DNA of 37,039 nucleotides from Solirubrobacterales bacterium (GCA_051961955.1 JBQCCT010000071.1:1-37039), one strand, 5' to 3'. Positions 18,765 to 26,303 are shown, numbered from the stretch's first letter. The notes: generated from the letters alone by a model not told the origin. Made by a program: numbers and translations.

Positions 18765-19967
18765 TTACTGTTCGTATTCGGGCACGTATGCGGGCTTGAC
18801 CCGCTTGAGGAGCTTCGGCTTGCGGTCGGGGTATTCGTAGATGTACCACGGACCCGAGGGTAAGTGATTGTTGGCCGTGTAGCCAAGCGAGCCCATGACA
18901 GTCTGATGTGGCTTCGCTTCCAAGGCGGTGGCGAGCTTGGCGCCGTCGGTGGTGCGGGTTTCGCGGATCGCGTCGAGCATCAGCTGCCCGGCGGCGTAGG
19001 AAGCCAGCAGGTTGCCGGAAACATCAGTATTAACTCCGGCGCGCTTCAGCCTTTCAAACAGTTTGGCCGTTTGCCTATTGGTTGGGTCATAGGCGGAGCC
19101 ATTGTCCGTTACGTACACATTCTTCGTGTCGGGGACGCTCTTCAGCCAGAACGTACCGTCGAAGGCGCTCGTCGCGGTGATCGGCAGGTCGATGCCGGCG
19201 GCGCGAATCTGCTTGATCGCCGCAGCTCCCCCCGGCGGATAGGAGCTGATGTTGATCGCGTCGGCACCGGAGCGCTTGATCTCGGCGATCTGGGAGGCAA
19301 TCGACAGGTCTTCGTTCTTGAAGTCGGCCTGCCCGGCGAGCTTGCCACCGAGGTGTTCGAAGGTCTTCTGGAAACCGAACTGGTCGATCCTGCCGAGCAG
19401 GATCTGGGTGTCAGTCAGCTCGAATGGATGGCGGATGCCCCGTTCCCAGAGGAAGGTGGCGCGGGTGGAGGCCTCGCTGATCAGGCTGCGGTTGGCGCTG
19501 AAGGAGAGCCGGCCGGTGTAGGGCGGGCCGAAGCCGGGTTCGCTGGCGCAGAGGGTGAAGTTGAGCTCGTCGTGTTCTTCCGCGATCGGGGCGCCGGCTG
19601 CGGCGATCGGCACTTCGCAGCTGACGATGAGGACGTCGGCGCCGTCTTCGATCACCTTCTGGACGGCGACCGGCTGCTGCTGGGGTTCGGAGCGGTTGTC
19701 GACGGTCACGAAACGGAGCTTGGAGCCGTCGATGCCGCCATGGGCGTTGGTTTCCTTGACCAGTTGTTCGATCGCGGCGATGTTGGCGTCGTAGGGGACG
19801 AGGTAGCCGCTCTTGGCGATCGCGGCGCCGATCACGATTTCCTTCGGCAATCCGCTTGCCGAGGTATGCGGGTCGCCGCCGGAGCCGCAGCCGGCGAGGA
19901 GTGCGAGGCCGAGGGCAAGGGCAATTACAAGCCGTGATCGAAGGGCGCGCAGCATTGAAAACGACAT
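18765..19967 (-). CDS. ABC transporter substrate-binding lipoprotein (type 1 periplasmic binding fold, LivK-like)
   Basis: Lipobox LLAGCGSGG. 400 aa with a Leu/Ile/Val-binding-protein-like pattern. Lies 17 bp upstream of the GntR gene on the same strand. Confidence 0.8.
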   Translation of the reverse strand: MSFSMLRALRSRLVIALALGLALLAGCGSGGDPHTSASGLPKEIVIGAAIAKSGYLVPYDANIAAIEQLVKETNAHGGIDGSKLRFVTVDNRSEPQQQPVAVQKVIEDGADVLIVSCEVPIAAAGAPIAEEHDELNFTLCASEPGFGPPYTGRLSFSANRSLISEASTRATFLWERGIRHPFELTDTQILLGRIDQFGFQKTFEHLGGKLAGQADFKNEDLSIASQIAEIKRSGADAINISSYPPGGAAAIKQIRAAGIDLPITATSAFDGTFWLKSVPDTKNVYVTDNGSAYDPTNRQTAKLFERLKRAGVNTDVSGNLLASYAAGQLMLDAIRETRTTDGAKLATALEAKPHQTVMGSLGYTANNHLPSGPWYIYEYPDRKPKLLKRVKPAYVPEYEQ

Positions 19968-20111
19968 CCTAGGTACAGCTATCGCTGCGCCCTCAGGCGC
20001 CCGGTGCCAGGCCGACTAGTTGTTACTACAGGAACTTGATTCAACTTGACCATTGCGTTGAGTGTGTCACCGTGCAGATTGTCTGTAGTCCCTTGCCGCC
20101 CAGGCGCGGCA

Positions 20112-20140
20112 GCAGCGCCCTGACCGAGTCAGGGCGCTGC
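20112..20140. promoter_or_regulatory. Perfect 12-bp inverted repeat with a 5-nt spacer (GCAGCGCCCTGA-N5-TCAGGGCGCTGC) in the divergent intergenic region
   Basis: Read directly from the sequence. Sits between the divergently transcribed binding-protein gene (start 19967) and the cupin gene (start 20211), so it is not positioned as a terminator. Candidate operator or RNA stem. Confidence 0.3.
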
Positions 20141-20210
20141 GCCGTTAGGGCTATCGCTCCGCGCAGAGACGTTCGCGGGGCCCGTCGACCCCGGGGCATA
20201 GGATTGCGGC

Positions 20211-20612
20211 GTGCCGTTCACTCTCAGGAACCTGAAGGAGAACGTGGCGGACGTTGGGTCCAACTTCGACGGTGCCCCGGATCTGGAGTTCCGGTTGGCA
20301 ACCGGACCTCTCGAGCTCGAGAGGTCCGGCCTGGGCTACCAGCGCGTCCCGCCCAGCTATCGCTTCCCGTACGGCCACGTACACAAGATGCAGGAGGAGG
20401 TCTACGTGGTCCTACGTGGGAGCGGGCGGATGAAGCTCGACGACGAGATCATCGAGCTCAGGGAATGGGACGCGGTGCGCGTCCCGCCCGGAACGTGGCG
20501 AGGCTACGAGGCTGGGCCGGAGGGCCTCGAGATCCTCGTCATCGGCGCACCCAATCTCGGCGAGTCTCCGCGCGACGACGTCGAGGGCCGGCGCGACTGG
20601 TGGACTGACTAG
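20211..20612 (+). CDS. Cupin domain-containing protein
   Basis: 133 aa, GTG start. Cupin motifs GHVHKMQEEVYVVLRGSG and WDAVRVPPG. Confidence 0.75.
   Translation: MPFTLRNLKENVADVGSNFDGAPDLEFRLATGPLELERSGLGYQRVPPSYRFPYGHVHKMQEEVYVVLRGSGRMKLDDEIIELREWDAVRVPPGTWRGYEAGPEGLEILVIGAPNLGESPRDDVEGRRDWWTD
20302..20329. repeat. Perfect 28-bp palindrome CCGGACCTCTCGAGCTCGAGAGGTCCGG inside the cupin CDS. It overlaps a 15-nt palindrome at 20291-20305.
   Basis: Verified base by base: the reverse complement of the first 14 nt equals the last 14 nt. It encodes PLELERSG. Confidence 0.9.
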
Positions 20613-20686
20613 AGCCTGCATAGCCGCGTTCGTTCGGGTATCTTTACCTAAAAGTTGGTAGAGATACGACTCCAGGAGGTTCACCG

Positions 20687-22264
20687 ATGCGGCGATGGCG
20701 TGCGATGCGGGTGCTTGTCCTCGGTCTGGCCATCGCCATATGTGGTGTCTCCGCCGCGCACGCGAGCGTCCTGCGGGTTGGCACCTGGAACCACATCCCG
20801 GGGCAGTTCAGGACGATCCAGGCAGCCGTCGACGCGGCCCAGCCGGGCGACTGGATCCTGGTCGGCCCCGGCGACTACAAGGAACTCGGCAATCCTGGCG
20901 GCGAAGAGCCCGCCGGAGTTCTGATCACCACGCCGAACGTGCACCTACGGGGCATGAACCGCAACGCGGTCGTCGTCGACGGCACGAGGCCGGGGACGCC
21001 GCGCTGCTCCGCGCGCCCGCTCGACCAGGGGCCGCTGAACCGCAACGGCATCGACGTTTACGAAACCGACAACACCTGGATCGAAAACCTCACCGTCTGC
21101 AACTACCTCAACGGGGGCGAGGAGGGCAACCAGATCTGGTGGAACGGCGGCGACGGCACCGGCCACATCGGCCTCAGCGGCTTCTGGGGCAACTACCTGA
21201 CCGCGACCTCCAGCTACTCGAGCACCGTCTCGGGCGTGCTCGCCCCCTGCTGCGGGGTCGACTACCCGGCCGGGGACTACGGGATCTTCACCAGCAACTC
21301 GACCAACGGCTTCTTCAAGCACTCCTACGCCAGCAACATGGCGGACTCCGCCTACTACATCGGTGCCTGCCAGCAGGCCTGCAACCAGGTGATGGAAGAC
21401 GACCAGGGCGAGAACAGCGCGCTTTGCCTCTCGAGCACCAATGCCGGGGGATACCTGCTGGTCAAGCACAACGAGTGCGACAACAACAAGAGCGGCCTGG
21501 TCTCGAATTCGCAGAACAACGACGACTGGCCCTCGCCTCAGATCGGCCTCTGCCCGCCTGGCCAAAGCGGGCCGCTCGGAACCCAGTCGTGCACGGTCTG
21601 GGCCGACAACTACATCCACGACAACAACAACCCGAACGTGCCCGGCAACGGCTCCGGCCTCGCCGGCGGCTCGCCGGTCGGCACCGGCATGGTTCTGGCC
21701 GGCAGCACCTACATGACGCTCTCGGGCAACACCGTCACCCACAACGGCTCCTGGGGGGAGCTGATCGCCGACCTGCCCGACCAGGAGACCCCGCCCGCCG
21801 ACGTCACGACCCCGTGCCAGGGCGGCACCTACGTGCCGGTTCCGGAAGGCGAAACCTGTTACTTCCCTGCCTACGGCAACGTCAGCGAGAACAACGCGTT
21901 CTCGGGCAACGGCTTCTTCGGCAATCCGAGCAACGGCGACATCGGCCTGGCGACGATGCTCCACAACCCGGGCAACTGCTTCGCCGGCGACAGCGTCCCG
22001 GACGGGACCGATCCGCCCGGCATCGAGACCAACCCGATCTACCAGCCCTCAGGAGGGATGTGCGAAAGCCCGAACTCAGGCGACCAGGCCGTCCTCGCCG
22101 CCGAGGTCCTCTGCGCAAGCCAGCTGGTCGCCCCGTGCCCGGGGCTGCCCGGGGCGAGTTACCCACGGCCGGCGGCCCAGTTCTCGCTACCCCCGGTGCC
22201 CTCGAACCTGCCGAGCATGCCCGAACCCTGCGCCGACGTGCCGAAGAACCCCTGGTGCACCTGA
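20687..22264 (+). CDS. Secreted right-handed parallel beta-helix repeat protein (pectate-lyase-fold, function unknown)
   Basis: Signal peptide MRRWRAMRVLVLGLAIAICGVSAAHA. Good SD (CCAGGAGG) 7 nt upstream. Has a PGDWILVGPGDY start and repeated N/G-rich turns (NNxxSG, HDNNNPN, VTHNGSWG). Confidence 0.7.
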   Translation: MRRWRAMRVLVLGLAIAICGVSAAHASVLRVGTWNHIPGQFRTIQAAVDAAQPGDWILVGPGDYKELGNPGGEEPAGVLITTPNVHLRGMNRNAVVVDGTRPGTPRCSARPLDQGPLNRNGIDVYETDNTWIENLTVCNYLNGGEEGNQIWWNGGDGTGHIGLSGFWGNYLTATSSYSSTVSGVLAPCCGVDYPAGDYGIFTSNSTNGFFKHSYASNMADSAYYIGACQQACNQVMEDDQGENSALCLSSTNAGGYLLVKHNECDNNKSGLVSNSQNNDDWPSPQIGLCPPGQSGPLGTQSCTVWADNYIHDNNNPNVPGNGSGLAGGSPVGTGMVLAGSTYMTLSGNTVTHNGSWGELIADLPDQETPPADVTTPCQGGTYVPVPEGETCYFPAYGNVSENNAFSGNGFFGNPSNGDIGLATMLHNPGNCFAGDSVPDGTDPPGIETNPIYQPSGGMCESPNSGDQAVLAAEVLCASQLVAPCPGLPGASYPRPAAQFSLPPVPSNLPSMPEPCADVPKNPWCT

Positions 22265-22599
22265 TCCCGCGTGCGGGCTGTGCGGCGCACCCGGACCGGG
22301 GGTGCCTCCCCTCGCGAGAGCTGGCCCTAGCTCCAGAACTCGTCGAAGACGTACTGATCCAGAGGACGCTCACGCGCGTGTCGCTTGCCATGACGTCTTC
22401 TACGACAACACGGTAGATGTCGCCGCTCGACCTCGGCGTCGTAGGTCGGGTCTCCGGGGTGGCCCGCGAGCCCTTCCGCGTTAGAGATCGGTTGCACCCG
22501 GACGGGAGCAGCACAAGCGGCGGCTCGCCGGCCCCCGTCCTGCGAATCCGACCTGCTCGCTGAACCTCAGGCCGCTACCGGTCCTAAGCAGCACTAGAG

Positions 22600-23163
22600 A
22601 TGCGAATCGCTGCGGAGAAGCGAGCGCAGGTCGGGCAGGCGGGTAGTCGAACTCGTCGAGCGCGAGCCGCGGTCGCGCTGCTCCTCCTCGCCGCGGCGGT
22701 TGCCTCGGGCTGCGGGAGTGCCATCCCATCGTCGCAGGGCGGGCCGGCAAAGGTCAGCGCCGATCGCTCTGCCGCGGGGACTTACCTCGTCGATGGAGAA
22801 GGCCATGCGCTGTACCTGTTCCTGGCCGACGGGAAAGGGCACAGCGCGTGCACGGAGGCCTGCGCCTCGGTCTGGCCTCCGTTCGAGACCAGCGCGCCGC
22901 CCGTGGCCGGTCCGGGCGTCTCCCAGGCGAAGCTGGGGACGATAAGTCGCGAAGGTGTCATGCAGGTGACCTACGCCGGTGTGCCCCTCTACTACTACGC
23001 AGGAGACGGCAGCAGCCCCGATGCGACCAGCGGCGAGGACATCGAACAGTTCGGCGCCCCCTGGTACCTGGTGTCACCGAAGAATGCGGAACCGGCGGAG
23101 GAAGCAAGCAGCGAAGGTGAAAGCGGCGGCCAGGGCCACGGCGGCGGAGGGTACGGCTCCTGA
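22600..23163 (+). CDS. Predicted lipoprotein with 'secreted repeat of unknown function' (PF03640/COG4315-like)
   Basis: Lipobox AAAVASGCGS. Two repeat units are YLVDGEGHALYLFLADGKG...C...CASVWPP and VTYAGVPLYYYAGD. Confidence 0.7.
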   Translation: MRIAAEKRAQVGQAGSRTRRARAAVALLLLAAAVASGCGSAIPSSQGGPAKVSADRSAAGTYLVDGEGHALYLFLADGKGHSACTEACASVWPPFETSAPPVAGPGVSQAKLGTISREGVMQVTYAGVPLYYYAGDGSSPDATSGEDIEQFGAPWYLVSPKNAEPAEEASSEGESGGQGHGGGGYGS

Positions 23164-23165
23164 CG

Positions 23166-23627
23166 ATGCAAGCCGAAGCGCGACGTCCTCCGTATCTCCT
23201 GCGCCTCCTGGCGGCCCTGGCGCTCCTTGGTGTCGGCGCCGTGCACATCGATCAGTACTACGCCGTGCATTACGAGGTCATTCCGGTGATCTGGACGCTA
23301 TTCGTATTGAATCTGGTCGGCGCGGTCATCCTGGCGCTGCTCCTGATCCTCCCCACCGATCGGCTCGTCGACCGGGTCCTGGGCGGGGGCGGGGAGTTCG
23401 CCCTTGCTGCCGTCGCCCTCGGTGGAATCGCACTGGCCGCCAGCTCCGCAGTCTTCCTGCTGATCTCCGAGCACACCGAGCTCTTCGGCTTCATGGAGCA
23501 CGGCTACCGGACCGCGATCGTGCTCTCCTTCATCGCCGAGGCCGCGACGATCGTCCTACTCCTCACCTATCTGGTTCTGCTGGTGCGCTCGCAGCGGCCA
23601 ACCTCTAGGCAGAGGGCTCCGGCGTAG
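23166..23627 (+). CDS. Small integral membrane protein (4 predicted helices)
   Basis: 153 aa, hydrophobic throughout. Starts 3 nt after the lipoprotein stop, so likely co-transcribed. Confidence 0.6.
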   Translation: MQAEARRPPYLLRLLAALALLGVGAVHIDQYYAVHYEVIPVIWTLFVLNLVGAVILALLLILPTDRLVDRVLGGGGEFALAAVALGGIALAASSAVFLLISEHTELFGFMEHGYRTAIVLSFIAEAATIVLLLTYLVLLVRSQRPTSRQRAPA

Positions 23628-23632
23628 GACCT

Positions 23633-24163
23633 CTAGCCGCGCCGGCGGTAACGCAAGTACGCAGTCGCCCCGAACGTACGCGTCTCGACCAGTTCGAGGT
23701 CGAGATGCACGTCCGGCGGGAAGTACGGCGTGCCGCCACCTACCACGATCGGGATGACGAACAGTTCGAACTCATCGATCAGCCCGAGCCGCATGCATTC
23801 CGCCGCGAGGCCGGCACCGCCGACCGCGATCCTCCGGTCCCCGAGCGCGGCGATCTCCTCCTCGAGCGTCCCCGTGGCCAGGCGGTTGCTGCCCTCGACG
23901 CTCGTCAGCGTGGTCGAGAACACGATCTTCTCGAGCGGGCGCCAGATATCGGCGAACTCCGCCATCACGGGGTCGGAGAACTCCTCGGTGTCCCACACGA
24001 GCATCGTCTCGTAGAGGCGCCGGCCGAGTAGCTGGGCGTCGACCGCGGCGACCCGCTCGTTGTGGAACCGGTGCAGCCCCCGGCTGGGCACCGCCCACTC
24101 GAAGCTTCCGTCGGGTCCCGCGATATAGCCGTCGGCCGACAGGCTCATGGAATAAGTGATCAC
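23633..24163 (-). CDS. Dihydrofolate reductase family protein (RibD C-terminal domain)
   Basis: ITYSMSLSADGYIAGPDGSFEW...IAVGGAGLAAECMRLGLIDEFELFVIPIVVGGGTPYFP. GTG at 24163 gives the canonical N-terminus. The ORF prefix up to 24343 is not family-like. Confidence 0.75.
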   Translation of the reverse strand: MITYSMSLSADGYIAGPDGSFEWAVPSRGLHRFHNERVAAVDAQLLGRRLYETMLVWDTEEFSDPVMAEFADIWRPLEKIVFSTTLTSVEGSNRLATGTLEEEIAALGDRRIAVGGAGLAAECMRLGLIDEFELFVIPIVVGGGTPYFPPDVHLDLELVETRTFGATAYLRYRRRG

Positions 24164-24326
24164 AGGGACGCAGTAAACCGCGTCGAGACGCCGGCCTCGT
24201 TGTCCGTGTGGCAAACCAGATTCGCACAGAACCCGCTTATAGTGTTCTATGTCCGCCAGGTCGCGCGCCGGATGTGCGTGATCCCTCCAGCCACCGACGT
24301 ACCGCTGAAACTCCAAGCACCCTGAC

Positions 24327-25343
24327 GTGAAGATCGGCCGCAATCACGGGGTCACCCTGCCTGATCAGCTGAGTCGGTTCCAAGACAAGCTGGATCTTTA
24401 CGCAACGGACACCTATTTCCTTGAGAGCTGGGAGGACCTGCTTGCCGTAGCAGGTAATCAATCGCTTGCCTCCCTGTCCCGGTTCGCATCGCTCACGCTG
24501 AAGCCCGACGCGGTGGTGGGACGTACCCTCAAGCCGACGATGAAGTGGCTCGTCGACCATGGTTTCTCCATCGTCGCCGCCGAGCTTGTTTACTTCGACC
24601 GCCACATCACGCGCGGCATCTGGCATTACTCGTGGAACGTCGCCAGTCGCGATCGCAAGGACGTCGTCGACATGCTTCTCCCGGCGACCCCCTCCCTGTT
24701 CCTGGCGCTTCGTGGTCCCGAGGATGCGTCTTTGTGGCTCAGCGCAAACAAGGGCCCGGCCAATCCGAAGTACCGCCAACCGGGCCAACTCCGTTACGGC
24801 CTCGGTTATTTCAGCACCCTGCTCAACTTTGTACATACCTCCGACGAGCCAGCCGACGTCATTCGGGAGCTGGCGGTGTACTTTCCGGCGCCGACCAGAC
24901 GACGCATCTACCAAGCCATGAACTCGGGGGATGCGCTGCAGCACGCGGAAGACCTGGCCAGCGAACTGGAAGATCGATTTCTCCCGCACGACCTTGCGCT
25001 CGACGCCTCGATCGAGCGGATCCGTGTGCTGGTAGATGCTGGCCAGAACGGTGGCAGCCGCGACCGCACGGCCTTGAGGAGCCATCTCGACGAGATAGCC
25101 AACGGAGGTACCCGCGATTGGAAGACGCTCTTTAGCTTGCTCGAGGCAGTCGGAGTTCCTTGCGAGCCCTGGGACCTGATCGTTGTCGCAACTAATCTGG
25201 TTCAGATAGACAATCCGGATGTCGACCCGATGCTGCCAGCTATCAGCTCGTTGAATCTGCCGACCGCGGCGACCGAAATCGAGATAGCAACAGCAAAGGG
25301 CGGTGCTGCCACGGAGCTCCAGAGAGCGCCTACACGAGGGTAG
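24327..25343 (+). CDS. Nucleoside-diphosphate-kinase-fold protein with an unknown ~150-aa C-terminal extension
   Basis: Residues ~53-186 align by eye to NDK: TLKPDAV (cf. IKPDAV), GFSIVAAEL, GPANP...PGQLR, and NFVHTSD (cf. N.[IT]HGSD, His codon at 24834-24836). Lower GC than upstream genes. GTG start. Confidence 0.6.
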   Translation: MKIGRNHGVTLPDQLSRFQDKLDLYATDTYFLESWEDLLAVAGNQSLASLSRFASLTLKPDAVVGRTLKPTMKWLVDHGFSIVAAELVYFDRHITRGIWHYSWNVASRDRKDVVDMLLPATPSLFLALRGPEDASLWLSANKGPANPKYRQPGQLRYGLGYFSTLLNFVHTSDEPADVIRELAVYFPAPTRRRIYQAMNSGDALQHAEDLASELEDRFLPHDLALDASIERIRVLVDAGQNGGSRDRTALRSHLDEIANGGTRDWKTLFSLLEAVGVPCEPWDLIVVATNLVQIDNPDVDPMLPAISSLNLPTAATEIEIATAKGGAATELQRAPTRG

Positions 25344-25464
25344 TGGGCCGGAAGGATCTCTGCGACCTTCGGGTTATGAGGTCTCTGGTGCTGGTTGACT
25401 GGGCTGCTTTTTGGCTTGCTGAAGCGGTTCGAGTTGGTCCGAGTTGGACTGAATTGCGCTCAAC

Positions 25465-25482
25465 TTAGTACCCACTTAGTAC
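25465..25482 (+). repeat. Left copy of the 18-bp direct repeat TTAGTACCCACTTAGTAC
   Basis: Exact match to 32372-32389. Imperfect similarity continues about 12 nt to the right (CGC..GCGAT). Confidence 0.9.
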
Positions 25483-25503
25483 CCGCCGCGATGCCGAGCG
25501 GGG

Positions 25504-25794
25504 TCAGACGCGGGCGATCGCAGCGTCGGACGTCCGAGCGTCGTGGAAGGCGATAACAACGACACGATCCTTGGCCTCGACGTACATGTAGACGACGATC
25601 AGCCAGCCCCAAGGACCGATCAGCGCCCGACAGTCCCGCCAGACACCCGAGAGCTGCTTGCCGGCGCGCGGAAACTCCTCCAACATGAGCAACGTGCGCG
25701 AGACCCGTTCGCGCGTGTCGACCGGAAGCTGGCGAGTCTCGATGAGCTCATGAAGCTCGTCACGCGCCAAGCGCGTGACCTCGATCGTCGCCAT
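25504..25794 (-). CDS. Type II toxin-antitoxin system toxin, RelE/ParE family
   Basis: 96 aa. Lies 3 nt downstream of a ribbon-helix-helix gene. The size and the pattern ...EFPRAGK...RALIGPWGWLIVVYMYVEAKDRVVVIAFHDAR are ParE/RelE-like. Confidence 0.7.
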   Translation of the reverse strand: MATIEVTRLARDELHELIETRQLPVDTRERVSRTLLMLEEFPRAGKQLSGVWRDCRALIGPWGWLIVVYMYVEAKDRVVVIAFHDARTSDAAIARV

Positions 25795-25797
25795 CGA

Positions 25798-26055
25798 CTA
25801 CAGCTCGGAGAGTGGCACCGTCTCGCCACCCCGAGCCTGCTCGATCGAAGCCTGCGCCCTCTCCCATGCTCCAGGAATCCCGTCGAGGATTTCAGTGATC
25901 CGCCACGCATCGGGGTCGGCTTCGTCGAGCGCGCTGGAGAGGAGCGAGCGAGCCAGGGTTCCCTCCTGCACATGCGTGCGCTCCGCCAGGCTCGCCAGCT
26001 TCTGCGCGTAGTCCGGCTCGAGGGTGACGTTGATTCGGCGGTTTCGCTCAGCCAT
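25798..26055 (-). CDS. Ribbon-helix-helix (CopG-like) antitoxin
   Basis: MAERNRRINVTLEPDYAQKLASLAERT is a typical RHH N-terminus. ATG at 26055 is preferred over 26091, because the extension would be encoded by the tandem operator-like repeats. Confidence 0.7.
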   Translation of the reverse strand: MAERNRRINVTLEPDYAQKLASLAERTHVQEGTLARSLLSSALDEADPDAWRITEILDGIPGAWERAQASIEQARGGETVPLSEL

Positions 26056-26059
26056 ATCC

Positions 26060-26090
26060 CAAGGGTACACGCAAGGGTACACGGCGTACA
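26060..26090. promoter_or_regulatory. Tandem 12-bp direct repeat CAAGGGTACACG x2 plus a partial third GTACA core, in the divergent TA/methyltransferase promoter region
   Basis: Read directly: 26060-26071 equals 26072-26083. It sits in the 65-bp gap between the antitoxin start (26055) and the small ORF start (26121). RHH antitoxins classically bind such repeats. Confidence 0.55.
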
Positions 26091-26120
26091 AAACACAAGA
26101 AATCGCGGTAGCCTCAATTT

Positions 26121-26303
26121 ATGGCTCACCACAAGCGCAAACGACCTAAGCACCGCCGGAGCGGTTGTCTCCTCTGCAAGCCTCAGAAGCTGGCGGCGAA
26201 TCGGAAGGCCGCGCGTCGGCGAGCCAACAGCTCTTGGCATCGGCATGAGGCGCTTGCGCATGACGATCCGCCTCATGGCCCCTTTGGCAGGAGTGGACCT
26301 TGA
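26121..26303 (+). CDS. Small highly basic protein with a CxxC pair (60 aa), function unknown
   Basis: MAHHKRKRPKHRRSGCLLCKPQK... Its TGA (26301-26303) overlaps the TTG (26300-26302) that opens the methyltransferase ORF, suggesting coupling. There is no clear SD, so coding status is tentative. Confidence 0.4.
   Translation: MAHHKRKRPKHRRSGCLLCKPQKLAANRKAARRRANSSWHRHEALAHDDPPHGPFGRSGP

Noticed and set aside
17953-19937. Plus-strand ORFs 17953-18840 and 18864-19937
   Set aside because: They are antisense to the GntR and solute-binding genes, which have canonical motifs and a lipobox. The sequences are shadow-frame in character.
20695-22514. 573-aa plus-frame ORF, 339-aa minus ORF and 210-aa minus ORF overlapping the beta-helix gene
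   Set aside because: The frame starting at 20687 has an SD sequence, a signal peptide and beta-helix repeats. The alternatives are Arg/Pro/Gly-rich with no motifs.
24237-25085. 282-aa minus-strand ORF overlapping the NDK-like gene
   Set aside because: The plus-strand frame carries a coherent NDK-fold motif series. The minus-strand product shows none.
25344-25464. Possible tRNA or attachment-site RNA gene left of the left direct repeat (contains the short repeat GAGTTGG twice)
   Set aside because: I could find no acceptor-stem or T-loop pattern. The short 7-mer repeat is not significant on its own.
26056-26091. Longer start (MYAVYPCVYPWD...) for the antitoxin ORF
   Set aside because: These codons are simply the tandem GTAC-containing repeats read in frame. 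The RHH fold begins at MAERNRRINVTL.
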